DNA of 64,000 nucleotides. Source: Bythopirellula sp. (GTDB taxonomy: Bacteria; Planctomycetota; Planctomycetia; Pirellulales; Lacipirellulaceae). The position numbers and the translations under genes are program-made. Below are positions 55,258 to 64,000 of this stretch, in pieces; the first letter of the stretch is position 1; each line of letters begins with the position of its first letter. The notes beneath the pieces were generated by a model. It worked only from the letters and a program-made list of their open reading frames with translations, made no database searches and was not told the origin of the DNA. The stretch is from NCBI GenBank assembly GCA_965216565.1, contig OZ244170.1, positions 1,952,001-2,016,000 of the forward strand. Reading direction: 5' to 3'.

Positions 55258-56250
55258 ATGAAAACCCACGCCAACGAACCACCCAGAATCGAGCTCGCGC
55301 AACTTCCCTCTCCTTGTGTGGAACTTAAGAACTTAGCCAGATCGGCAGACGTGCCTAAGATATTCCTCAAGCGCGATGATCTTTCCGGCTTGGAGCTGAG
55401 CGGCAATAAGATCCGCAAACTTGAATACGTCGTGGCCGACGCCATTGCGAATGGGGCGGATACGCTAGTGACCCACGGGGGGATTCAGTCCAACCATTGC
55501 CGCGCCACGGCCGCAGTTGGCGCTCGCTTGGGAGTGCGGGTGAGAATGCTACTGCGCGGGGAAACTCCCTCTGTGCCCTACGAGGGAAATCTGGTGCTCG
55601 ACAAACTGTTCGGAGCCCACTGCAGCTACCATCCGCCTGACATCTACCGCGAGCAACTCGATCAACTCGTAAAAGATGCGATGCAAGAAGAAGTCGATCA
55701 AGGGCACAAACCTTACTTCTTCCCAGTCGGCGCCAGCGTCCCTCTCGGCAGTTGGGGCTATATCCGCTGCGTGGCGGAACTCGCCGAGACCCTGGGCCGC
55801 GATTCCGCAGTCGATCTTTATTGCGCTACCTCGTCAGGAGGCACGCAGGTGGGTTTGATTCTCGGTCGTGCCATCCTGGGTTGCGAGAACTGGCGGGTGC
55901 GGGGGGTGCCGGTTAGCGATAGCGTCGAGTATTTCCAAACACATCTCCGCGATTTGGAAAGGAAAACGACCGAGCAATTCGACTTACGACTCTCGATTGA
56001 GCAAACACCTATCGAACTCATCGACGGCTTTATTGGCGAAGGTTACGCAATTGAGTACCCCGAAGCGGTCGAAACCATTTCATTACTCGGCCAAACCGAG
56101 GCGATCGTACTCGATCCTAGTTACACGTCGAAAGCAATGACGGCGATGCTAGCCACTTTGCGTGAGGAATCGACCGACCGCATCCCCGTGTTCATCCATA
56201 CCGGCGGTGCCTTCGGACTTTACGGTCGCCGAGATCTAGTCGGTGCCTAA
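55258..56250 (+). CDS. D-cysteine desulfhydrase-like PLP enzyme
   Basis: KRDDLSG..LSGNKIRKLEY, QSNH, LDPSYTSKA, FIHTGG. Confidence 0.85.
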   Translation: MKTHANEPPRIELAQLPSPCVELKNLARSADVPKIFLKRDDLSGLELSGNKIRKLEYVVADAIANGADTLVTHGGIQSNHCRATAAVGARLGVRVRMLLRGETPSVPYEGNLVLDKLFGAHCSYHPPDIYREQLDQLVKDAMQEEVDQGHKPYFFPVGASVPLGSWGYIRCVAELAETLGRDSAVDLYCATSSGGTQVGLILGRAILGCENWRVRGVPVSDSVEYFQTHLRDLERKTTEQFDLRLSIEQTPIELIDGFIGEGYAIEYPEAVETISLLGQTEAIVLDPSYTSKAMTAMLATLREESTDRIPVFIHTGGAFGLYGRRDLVGA

Positions 56251-58607
56251 CGACTGTCGCAACGCGACGGATAGATCAGGAATTTACTACGCCGCTTCAA
56301 GAATTCTTGGTGTTCTTCCCGATAGCCCTCGATGATTTCGGGCAGTGGGGTGCCGTTGGCAATGGCATCGAATACTTGCTGGTCGCAGAGCAAACGATTA
56401 AATCGTTTCATCTCCCAGTCGTCGGGATAGAGATCGCGTACCGTAGCGGCCACGGCCAGGCCGGTTTTCACCGGCAGGAAAACCGACCGGTCGACGACCG
56501 TGATGTTTACCCCCAAGCACTGCTTGTCGGCATGTTTGCTGGTATCGGGAGTAAAACGAATTGGCACGAATCGGACGCCGGGTAAGTTTTGCCCATTGAG
56601 CTCCGCCGCAAGCTGGACGCCATCGATCCAGGGGGCTCCTAGGACTTCGAACGGGGTGTCTGTGCCTCTACCGACCGAAACGTTGGTCGTTTCCATCAGT
56701 CCAATTCCCGGATATAACACAGCCTCCGCCAAACTTCGCATGTTCGGCGACGGATTCGTCCATACCAGCCCGGTGCGATCCCAGTAGTCTTCTCGCTGCC
56801 AGTTCTCAACCTTCACAATTTCCAAATCAAGATCCAGCTCGAGTTCCTCGCGAAACATCATCGCCAACTCGCCAATCGTCATTCCATGCCGCACGGCAAT
56901 CGGATGGTATCCCACAAACGATTCCAGCCCAGGATCCAAAATCGGACCCTCCACCAAGTCACCACCGATAGGATTGGGACGATCGAGCACCACGAACTTC
57001 AGGTCGTGCTCTGCGGCTGCGTGCATGGCATGCCCCATCGTGGAAATGTACGTGTAGAAACGCGCTCCAATATCTTGGATGTCGAACACCAACGTGTCGA
57101 TATCCTTCAGTTGCTCGGCTGCAGGACGCCGCGATTCTCCATACAGGCTGTACACCGGCAAATTGGTTTTTTCTTCACGGGTGTCTGTTATGTTAGGCTG
57201 ATCGAGCTTCCCTTGCAGTCCATGCTCGGGGCTGAAAAGCGAAACCAGTTCCAGGTTGTCCGCTTCGTGCAAAAGATCGAGCGTACGTCGCCCTTGGCTA
57301 TCAAGACCAGTGTGATTCGTGATCAGCCCTACTCGACGGCCCGCTAGCTGTTCGAACTTCTCTCGCACCAGAACGTCGATTCCGTGCAGCACAGGTGGCC
57401 CCGTCTCGGCAGCTATGCGATTTGTCGAGTCCTTCGCTTGCGGGTTCGGTCCAACAATGGCGCCTGCCGCCACGGTCCCGATTCGTCCAGCGAGATCGTT
57501 GACACTTCCCTTGCCATCCGGATGCAGTCGACTGGAGAGAAAGACGACGAAGAGATCCAACTCCGGATCAATCCACATGGCTGTACCAGTGAACCCGCCG
57601 TGACCAAAAGCCGAACGGCTATATAGCTCGCCGCGGTTTGATGAATACTTGCTGCGCATATCCCAGCCCAAGCCGCGTTTTTGGCCAGCGACATCGCGTG
57701 CCCGCGTCATCTCTCGAATCGAGGCGGGGTTGAGAGCGGACGTCCCCTCCGGCGATTCTCTCCGCAACATCATGTTGGCGTAGAGCGCTAGGTCGTGGGC
57801 AGTGGAAAACAATCCCGCATGGCCCGCGACTCCATTGAGCAGCGATGCACGCGGATCGTGAACCTCGCCGCGCAACCACTTGTCGTTCTGCTTTTCGGTG
57901 GGCGCAATTCGCGAACGCAGGGATGCCCTCGGCTGGTAGCCCGTATCGACCATTCCCGTAGGACGAAAGATGTTCTCAGCAGCGAACTCGGCAACCGTTT
58001 TCCCCGACACTCGATGCACAAGCTCACCCAAGACCAGAAAGCCGACGTCGGTGTAGACAAACTTTTTACCTATTCCGTGAACCGGTTTTAACGCCCAAAT
58101 GTTTAGCCAGGCTTTGTCGATCCCTTGCTGGTAATCCGCTAGTGCATTGTCGGGCACCAGCCCTCCTTGATGCGTGAGGAGTTGCTCGACGGTGATCTCC
58201 CCTTTTCCATTGGCAGCAAACTCTGGGATGTAACGTGCAACCGGATCGCGGAGCCGAACTTTGCCGCGCTGCACTAGGACCATCACGCTGGTTGCCGTTG
58301 CCACGGGCTTAGTGATCGACGCCATATCGAAGATGGTGTCGACCGTCATCGCTTCGGGGGTCGGCTCGACCTGACGGTGACCAAAAGCCTCGCAGTACGC
58401 CACCACACCTCGGCGGCCGATTAATACGACTGCACCGGGCAGATTGCCGGCTTCGATCTCTTGTTGCACCAAGTCGGGGATGACCTGAAGATGCGACCCT
58501 GCTAACCCTACCGTGTCGGGGGATGCAGTTGGCAGGTGTGCAAGACTATCGCCTACGCCCACTGTCAACAAAACTGCGCTGATTAGTAGCTGCTTCATCA
58601 TGTGCAT
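56247..58607 (-). CDS. namZ: Fusion of beta-lactamase-family serine hydrolase (AmiE-like) and DUF1343 exo-beta-N-acetylmuramidase (NamZ)
   Basis: N-half SITK, YTD, GEVHD, GHAGLF, GHGGFTG; C-half GLITNHTG, FSPEHG, FDIQDIGARFYTY, LDRPNP, SPN, GRGT; RBS GAGGGG before ATG 58607. Confidence 0.88.
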   Translation of the reverse strand: MHMMKQLLISAVLLTVGVGDSLAHLPTASPDTVGLAGSHLQVIPDLVQQEIEAGNLPGAVVLIGRRGVVAYCEAFGHRQVEPTPEAMTVDTIFDMASITKPVATATSVMVLVQRGKVRLRDPVARYIPEFAANGKGEITVEQLLTHQGGLVPDNALADYQQGIDKAWLNIWALKPVHGIGKKFVYTDVGFLVLGELVHRVSGKTVAEFAAENIFRPTGMVDTGYQPRASLRSRIAPTEKQNDKWLRGEVHDPRASLLNGVAGHAGLFSTAHDLALYANMMLRRESPEGTSALNPASIREMTRARDVAGQKRGLGWDMRSKYSSNRGELYSRSAFGHGGFTGTAMWIDPELDLFVVFLSSRLHPDGKGSVNDLAGRIGTVAAGAIVGPNPQAKDSTNRIAAETGPPVLHGIDVLVREKFEQLAGRRVGLITNHTGLDSQGRRTLDLLHEADNLELVSLFSPEHGLQGKLDQPNITDTREEKTNLPVYSLYGESRRPAAEQLKDIDTLVFDIQDIGARFYTYISTMGHAMHAAAEHDLKFVVLDRPNPIGGDLVEGPILDPGLESFVGYHPIAVRHGMTIGELAMMFREELELDLDLEIVKVENWQREDYWDRTGLVWTNPSPNMRSLAEAVLYPGIGLMETTNVSVGRGTDTPFEVLGAPWIDGVQLAAELNGQNLPGVRFVPIRFTPDTSKHADKQCLGVNITVVDRSVFLPVKTGLAVAATVRDLYPDDWEMKRFNRLLCDQQVFDAIANGTPLPEIIEGYREEHQEFLKRRSKFLIYPSRCDSR

Positions 58608-58637
58608 CGTCCCCTCACTAATTTTGAAACCAACCAT

Positions 58638-60122
58638 CTACTTTGTTTTCCCATCGAGCCAATTGATTGCGAATTGAAAAACCAGACCGCACTCGATGAC
58701 GGCAATGGCCCCACACATGGCATACCAAGGCCAGTAAAGCGGAGTCAGAATGGCGATCACTGATAAAATGCCGATACCGAAGACGAATCCCAGCAGTGCC
58801 GCCATTTCGCCAAGATGCGGATAGAACACGGCCAGCAAATACATTCCCAGCACCGGCCCCAACGCAAACCCGGCAATCTTCAACACTTGCCCCACCGTGC
58901 TTTCGTCGAACCCAAAGCTCTGGCTCGCAATGGCAATGCAGATCTGAACAATCCCGAAAAACAGCGTGGCAACCCGGCTAATCCGGAGTTGTTGCTTCGA
59001 AGTCAATTCGGACTTAGTCAGCGGCAAATAGATATCGTTCACAAACGCAGTTGCCGAAGAATTCAACGAACTCGACAAGGTCGACATCGCCGCGGCAAAC
59101 ACCGCAGCGAGCGTGATGCCAACCAATCCCATGCCAAGTTCGTTCACGATAAAATGAGCAAAGATGCCATCGTTGACCACGTCTTCCGATACAGTTTGGG
59201 AGACCTGGGAATCGTAAAAACAGGACAGCGCCACACCAATGGTAAGGAACAACGCAAACTGCACGCACACGACAAAGCCACTCAGCACTAGTGCCCAACC
59301 AGCCGAGTGCTTGCTCTTAGCCGAGAGATAGCGTTGCACCATCAGTTGGTCGGTGCCGTGGGTGGCCGCGGTGAGAAAGATCCCTCCCATCAGCCCGGCC
59401 CAAAAGCTCATCGGCTTTTCCAGCCCCAGTCGAAAATCGAAGAGCTGGAATTTGCCCAACTCGTTTCCGTACTCGACAACTTGCTCGAACCCGCCGGGAA
59501 GCCTCGTCGCAATAACCACCAAGGTGGCCACGGCTCCAAGCATGTACACAGCAAACTGTAGGCAATCATTCCAAACAACGGCTTTGGCACCGCCCACGAG
59601 CGTGTAGACGATCGTAACGATTCCCAATGCGATCACGCACTGGGAGAGGGCCAACCCCGTCGCCTGTTGCAGCGCCAGTGCTGTCAGAAACAGCCGCAAC
59701 GCATCGCTCAGATTGCGAGTGACCAGGAATAACAGCGAGGCCCCGCGGCGGGTGGTTACTCCAAAGCGAGATTGAAGTACCTCATACGACGTGAACACCT
59801 GCCCTCGAAAAAATAGCGGCAACAACACAACTGCCACTAAGAGGCGTCCAGCAATATATCCGAAAGTTATCTGCAGAAAACGAAAGTCGCCGTTGAGCTT
59901 GGCGAAAGTTATCCCTGGGATACTAAGAAAAGTAACGGTACTAGTTTCCGTGGCAACAATCGAAAGCAAAATTGCCCACCACGGCAAACTTCTACCACCT
60001 AGAAAATAATCTTCCGTATTTTTTTGCGATCGCCCAAGCCACAATCCCCAGATTAGAACAATCGCGATGTAGCTAACAACGATCGCCTGATCGACCACAT
60101 GAATTGAAGAATTAATTGACAT
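58638..60122 (-). CDS. Sodium:solute symporter (SSS), probable amino-sugar uptake
   Basis: YFLGGR, SIVATETS, GTDQLMVQRYL, AAAMSTLSSSLNS. Confidence 0.9.
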   Translation of the reverse strand: MSINSSIHVVDQAIVVSYIAIVLIWGLWLGRSQKNTEDYFLGGRSLPWWAILLSIVATETSTVTFLSIPGITFAKLNGDFRFLQITFGYIAGRLLVAVVLLPLFFRGQVFTSYEVLQSRFGVTTRRGASLLFLVTRNLSDALRLFLTALALQQATGLALSQCVIALGIVTIVYTLVGGAKAVVWNDCLQFAVYMLGAVATLVVIATRLPGGFEQVVEYGNELGKFQLFDFRLGLEKPMSFWAGLMGGIFLTAATHGTDQLMVQRYLSAKSKHSAGWALVLSGFVVCVQFALFLTIGVALSCFYDSQVSQTVSEDVVNDGIFAHFIVNELGMGLVGITLAAVFAAAMSTLSSSLNSSATAFVNDIYLPLTKSELTSKQQLRISRVATLFFGIVQICIAIASQSFGFDESTVGQVLKIAGFALGPVLGMYLLAVFYPHLGEMAALLGFVFGIGILSVIAILTPLYWPWYAMCGAIAVIECGLVFQFAINWLDGKTK

Positions 60123-60363
60123 GGCCCTAACTTAATCTGAAAACCTAACAGCTACAGGTACGTTCGAAGTTTTTTCAAACTAAATCATAAGGATCATGGA
60201 ACTTCTAGTGGTGGCGTAAACTCGAACACCTGGCAAAGTATTTCGTTGCTTTTAACTGGGCGAAGCGACCTAACCAAGAGTCTTCCTCCTACTCAGCGCA
60301 TGGAAGTCTCTTTTTCGCGCATCTTCGCTATGTGTTTTACGAGGTGGCTACTAGAATCGAATT

Positions 60364-61263
60364 ATGCTTGAAAAGCTCGAAAACCTAACGACCGAAGGCA
60401 GAAATCCGGCCTCCGAGAATCTAGATAGCCTCAGTCCCTTGGACATCGTGCGTCTGATTAATTCGGAAGACGCCAAGGTTGCCGATGCAGTTGGACGCGA
60501 AGCGGAACCAATTGCCGAGGCGATCGAAGTGATTGCTCATCGATTGCAACACGGCGGACGTTTGATTTACGTTGGCGCCGGCACTTCTGGCAGGCTGGGA
60601 ATTCTCGACGCCGCGGAGTGTCCGCCCACCTTTAACTCCGATCCCTCGAAGGTGCTCGGATTAATTGCCGGTGGTCCCTCGGCAATGCTGAAAGCCGTGG
60701 AGGGTGCAGAAGACAATCCCGAATTGGCTGCCGAAGACCTACGAGAAGTGGGGCTCACCAGCCAAGACGTGGTCGTCGGAATCGCAACCAGTGGCCGCAC
60801 TCCTTATGTAATCGGGGCTCTCGAGTATGCCCGCAGCCAAGGTGCATTCCGGATTGGTCTCTCTTGCAACCGAGAAGCTACAATGCGAGCGCAGGCCCAG
60901 ATCAACATCGTCCCCGTTGTTGGGCCCGAAGTTGTCAGCGGCTCAACACGGATGAAAGCCGGCACCGCCACCAAGATGGTTCTTAACATGCTCACCACGG
61001 GTGCCATGGTAAGATTGGGCAAGACCTACGGGAACTTGATGGTGGATCTGCAGGCAACCAATATCAAGCTTACTGAACGATCTAAGCGTATCATTTGCTC
61101 GCTCACCGACCTATCGACGGAGAGTGCAGCCGAACTACTTACCGAGTGCGATGGTGAGCTCAAGACGGCAATCGTCGCTAACCGCAACGGCGTAGGGCCC
61201 GAGCAGGCGAGAGCTAAGCTCACCGATTCGAATGGCAAATTGAGAGAAGCGCTAGAAAACTGA
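60364..61263 (+). CDS. murQ: N-acetylmuramic acid 6-phosphate etherase
   Basis: TEGRN, GAGTSGRLG.LDA.ECPPTF, EGAED, GPEVVSGSTRMKAGTATK, NLMVD. Confidence 0.96.
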   Translation: MLEKLENLTTEGRNPASENLDSLSPLDIVRLINSEDAKVADAVGREAEPIAEAIEVIAHRLQHGGRLIYVGAGTSGRLGILDAAECPPTFNSDPSKVLGLIAGGPSAMLKAVEGAEDNPELAAEDLREVGLTSQDVVVGIATSGRTPYVIGALEYARSQGAFRIGLSCNREATMRAQAQINIVPVVGPEVVSGSTRMKAGTATKMVLNMLTTGAMVRLGKTYGNLMVDLQATNIKLTERSKRIICSLTDLSTESAAELLTECDGELKTAIVANRNGVGPEQARAKLTDSNGKLREALEN

Positions 61264-61383
61264 TCGGAATGAGTTTAGGCTTGTTTCTTTCCAGCTCGCC
61301 ACTCTTCACGAATTATTCAATGGTGAGCGTTCTTACTCTAGCTTGCCAACTAGCAGCGGCTACTAGTTAGCAAGGGGCTTGGC

Positions 61384-62316
61384 GTGCAAGAAACCCTAAT
61401 TCTCGGCATCGATGGCGGCGGCACCAAGACCCTCGCTCTACTGGCGGCGGTTTCTTCTGCTGGAACCCCCAAAATTCTCGGCCGGTGTGCGGCGGGATCT
61501 ACCAATGTGAATGCTGTCGGCTGGGAAGAGGCTTTTTCCAACCTGCGAATAGCCAGTCAGGGAGCATGGGAAGCAGCGAATCGCGAAGCCACAACCGCTG
61601 AGATGGCCGTGTTGGCTCTCTCGGGTGCGGGAAGAGATTCGGCTCAGAAAAAAATCGCTGATTGGGTTACGAAAGAAGGTATCGCCAGCCGGGTGGAAGT
61701 GATTCACGATGCCGAAGCCGTCTTAATGGCCGGAACACCTGAAGGTTATGGGGTAGCTTTGATTGCAGGGACAGGTGCGGTAGCGCTGGCAGTCAACGAA
61801 TCGCAGGAAAGCAGCATCAGCGGGGGATGGGGATATTGGTTCGGCGACGAAGGCAGTGCTTTTTGGCTAGGGCAAGCTGCGTTGCGAGCCGTCTCGTTAG
61901 CCGCTGATGGGCGAGGTCCAGCGACATCGCTGGAAGCTCAACTTCTGGAACATCTTCAGATCGACAAACCCAGAGATTTACTCTCCGCCCTTTCCACCGA
62001 CAATAGTGTCCGGCAAGCAATCGCTTCGCTTGCAAGATCTGTGGTCGGTGCCGCAGAAACTGGCGACCACGTTGCTAAGGCGATTGTCGACGAGGGTGCG
62101 CTGCACCTGGCCAAGTTAGTCCACAGTTCTGCAGCGGCTGTCACGCTGGGACCAGATTTTTCCTTGGCCGTCGCCGGTGGAGTTCTCTGCGGCAGTCCCT
62201 ACGTCCAAGATGCACTAAGGCTAAAGCTCGGCGGGTTGGGGCTAGAACCACACCCGGTCGAAAGCGTTGCGGAGCCAGCACTCGGTACGCTGAATCTCGC
62301 GTGTCGCAAGCTCTAG
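61384..62316 (+). CDS. BadF/BadG-type GlcNAc/MurNAc kinase (MurK-like)
   Basis: GIDGGGTKT, HDA, IAGTG, GGWG..FGDEGS, GGV. Confidence 0.85.
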   Translation: MQETLILGIDGGGTKTLALLAAVSSAGTPKILGRCAAGSTNVNAVGWEEAFSNLRIASQGAWEAANREATTAEMAVLALSGAGRDSAQKKIADWVTKEGIASRVEVIHDAEAVLMAGTPEGYGVALIAGTGAVALAVNESQESSISGGWGYWFGDEGSAFWLGQAALRAVSLAADGRGPATSLEAQLLEHLQIDKPRDLLSALSTDNSVRQAIASLARSVVGAAETGDHVAKAIVDEGALHLAKLVHSSAAAVTLGPDFSLAVAGGVLCGSPYVQDALRLKLGGLGLEPHPVESVAEPALGTLNLACRKL

Positions 62317-62337
62317 GAAACCGGCAACTCCTCGCCC

Positions 62338-63414
62338 CTACTTGACGATTTGAGCAGTCACGCCGCCGACCACGGGAAAAGCACAGCCCGTTGTCTCGGG
62401 AACCGTCAACGCCTGATTCTCCTGATGTCGGACTGCCAGCCAGGCAAAACACTCTGCTTCTAAAGTATCTGGATTGAGGCCCATTTCTCGAACCGTGTGA
62501 ACTTCCCCAAACTTCTCACGCAACATACTCATAATCACAGGATGGTGGACGCCGCCTCCGGTGACATAGATCGTCGCTGGAATCTCAGGCAGTTTCTCAA
62601 CCGCTCGGAACACTGCTTCAACCGTTACCGCACACAGAGTCGTGGCCCCATCTTCGATGCTGAGGCCTGAGACATCGACGTGATCGAAGTCGTATCGGTC
62701 TGCTGCCTTTGGCAACGGCATCGAGAAGAACGGCGCTGCGAGCGCCTCTTCAATAGTCTCTTGGTCCGCTTTGCCTGCCAAGGCGAGCTCCCCATCTCGG
62801 TCGTGCGGCAAGTCTGCCATGGCCTGGGCCCACTCATCGATTAAGCCGCAACCGGGCCCTGTATCCCCAGCAATGATCTGACCCTTCTCACCTAGCCACG
62901 TGACATTTGCCACGCCACCGATATTCAGAACAAGCGTCGGCAGAATAGCTTCACTGAAGAGTGCTTTGTGGAAGATCGCCACCAAGGGCGCTCCTTGACC
63001 TCCGCAAGCCATATCGCATCGCCGGAAGTCTGTAACGATGGGAAGCCCAAATTCCTTGGCCAACATCCAAGGATTGCCAATCTGCAAGGTGATTCCCTCG
63101 CTGGGAATGTGTCGGACGGTATGGCCATGAAAGCCAACGACGGCAACTCGATCTTTCAGTTTCGGGTTCTCTTCGAGTAAAACCTTGACGGCTTGTACAT
63201 GAACGTCCGAGACGCTTTTCTCTAAGCGCAGAAGTTCAGTCGTCGGAACATCGAACTGCGAAGCCTCCTGCAAACTTGCACGGAGTTCATCTTCGTAGGG
63301 CACAGTAATCCCGCCGAAGAATTCAATTTTGTTCTGACCATCGGTCTCCAGCAACGCGGCATCCACACCATCGCAGGAGGTACCGCTCATGAGTCCTATC
63401 GCAATTTTTGTCAT
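62338..63414 (-). CDS. anmK: Anhydro-N-acetylmuramic acid kinase
   Basis: IGLMSGTSCDGVD, GFHGHT, DFRR.D...GGQGAPL, NIGG.AN, DTGPG, EA..FAWLA. Confidence 0.94.
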   Translation of the reverse strand: MTKIAIGLMSGTSCDGVDAALLETDGQNKIEFFGGITVPYEDELRASLQEASQFDVPTTELLRLEKSVSDVHVQAVKVLLEENPKLKDRVAVVGFHGHTVRHIPSEGITLQIGNPWMLAKEFGLPIVTDFRRCDMACGGQGAPLVAIFHKALFSEAILPTLVLNIGGVANVTWLGEKGQIIAGDTGPGCGLIDEWAQAMADLPHDRDGELALAGKADQETIEEALAAPFFSMPLPKAADRYDFDHVDVSGLSIEDGATTLCAVTVEAVFRAVEKLPEIPATIYVTGGGVHHPVIMSMLREKFGEVHTVREMGLNPDTLEAECFAWLAVRHQENQALTVPETTGCAFPVVGGVTAQIVK

Positions 63415-63740
63415 ATTCGATTGCCTAGGTTCAATTCAGGCTAGGTGGTTTGGTTTCGATCGGAAAAAGGGCCGAGGTCGCCGTCTGAGGCGGTTCCTTC
63501 ACTCAAGTCAGTAACTAGCTTAGTGGGTTCCCAGCGAAGAAGAAGGAAAAAATACGCAACATTCTCTCGTAAATGCGCATGTTCTTGATTATGCTAATAG
63601 GGTGCCCGACAGCACAGCGAGCCAGATTCAGACAATCCCGCCAGTCTCCCACAACTTTGGCTCTCCCACCACCGTTGTTCCTTGATCCGAGAACGGTTCG
63701 AGACATTCGACCGGTCACACCCCGTGCTATTTCGTCGACT

Positions 63741-64000
63741 ATGGAAGAAAACAATAGTTTGCGTCGTGTCGCTGTATTGGTAGAGACCGATGACAGCTGG
63801 GGTTCGGGCGTAATCCGCGGGATAGCAGATTACTCTCAGGATTACGGCCATTGGAATCTCCTCATCGACCCCCGCGACCACGAAGAACGCTTGGCCATCC
63901 CTGATCTTTGGGAAGGCGATGGCGTGATCGCGCGTATTGGCACGCGATTGCAGTTGAACCAAATCACTAATCGCAAACTTCCCACTGTGAATGTGGACAC
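63741..64000 (+). CDS. XylR-type (sugar-binding + AraC) transcriptional regulator, 3' truncated
   Basis: Not in the ORF track (no stop inside the window); manual translation gives MEENNSLRRVAVLVETDDSWGSGVIRGIADY...WEGDGVIARI...LPTVNVD, typical of XylR N-termini. Confidence 0.8.
   Translation, partial: MEENNSLRRVAVLVETDDSWGSGVIRGIADYSQDYGHWNLLIDPRDHEERLAIPDLWEGDGVIARIGTRLQLNQITNRKLPTVNVD

Noticed and set aside
55258..56250. ACC deaminase
   Set aside because: The motif reads DPSYTSK, whereas true ACC deaminases have Glu here (DPVYEGK); it fits the D-cysteine desulfhydrase-like group.
57450..58607. Beta-lactam resistance gene
   Set aside because: The SxxK domain is fused to NamZ in a recycling context, which better fits an AmiE-like amidase/esterase.
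63594..63962. Minus-strand 122-aa ORF and neighbouring 79-aa ORF from the track
   Set aside because: They are shadows of a recognisable plus-strand XylR-type CDS starting at 63741 and of the promoter region.
1..64000. CRISPR array, rRNA/tRNA, transposase, prophage or defence system
   Set aside because: No regularly spaced direct repeats, RNA gene signatures or such protein motifs were seen by eye. The near-identical N-termini of the two DUF1559 proteins reflect family conservation. A small RNA could have been missed without a covariance search.

Overview
Gene-dense bacterial chromosome segment, most likely from a planctomycete (Pirellulales, Lacipirellulaceae-like). That call rests on two DUF1559 prepilin-type proteins, five PEP-CTERM proteins, 'DFxxDGxVDGxDFLxWQ' dockerin-like repeats, an ECF sigma/FecR pair and a GTAG-type palindromic element. 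In order, the window holds: (1) a cAMP-related trio (Popeye/cNMP-binding protein, DUF3500, membrane class III cyclase); (2) an egtD-ABC transporter-egtB ergothioneine operon beside a cytochrome P460-fused multiheme cytochrome c; (3) a LacI-associated beta-glucan locus (PEP-CTERM CBM-like proteins, DUF1559, lipoprotein, GH16, GH3, sugar enzymes, MFS); (4) an RND efflux system; (5) an ECF/FecR-associated alpha-glucan locus with the same PEP-CTERM/DUF1559/lipoprotein/GH layout (two GH13, MalE-MalF fusion, MalG, sulfatase); (6) a peptidoglycan-salvage island (M14 peptidase, SpmA/SpmB, LD-carboxypeptidase, DcyD-like enzyme, AmiE-NamZ fusion, SSS, MurQ, MurK-like kinase, AnmK); and a partial XylR-type regulator at the right edge. 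The most promising leads are the repeated SusC/D-free PEP-CTERM + DUF1559 pilin + lipoprotein polysaccharide-capture module and SpmAB embedded among stem-peptide recycling genes. No rRNA, tRNA, CRISPR array or transposase was seen. All family calls come from motif recognition by eye, not database searches.
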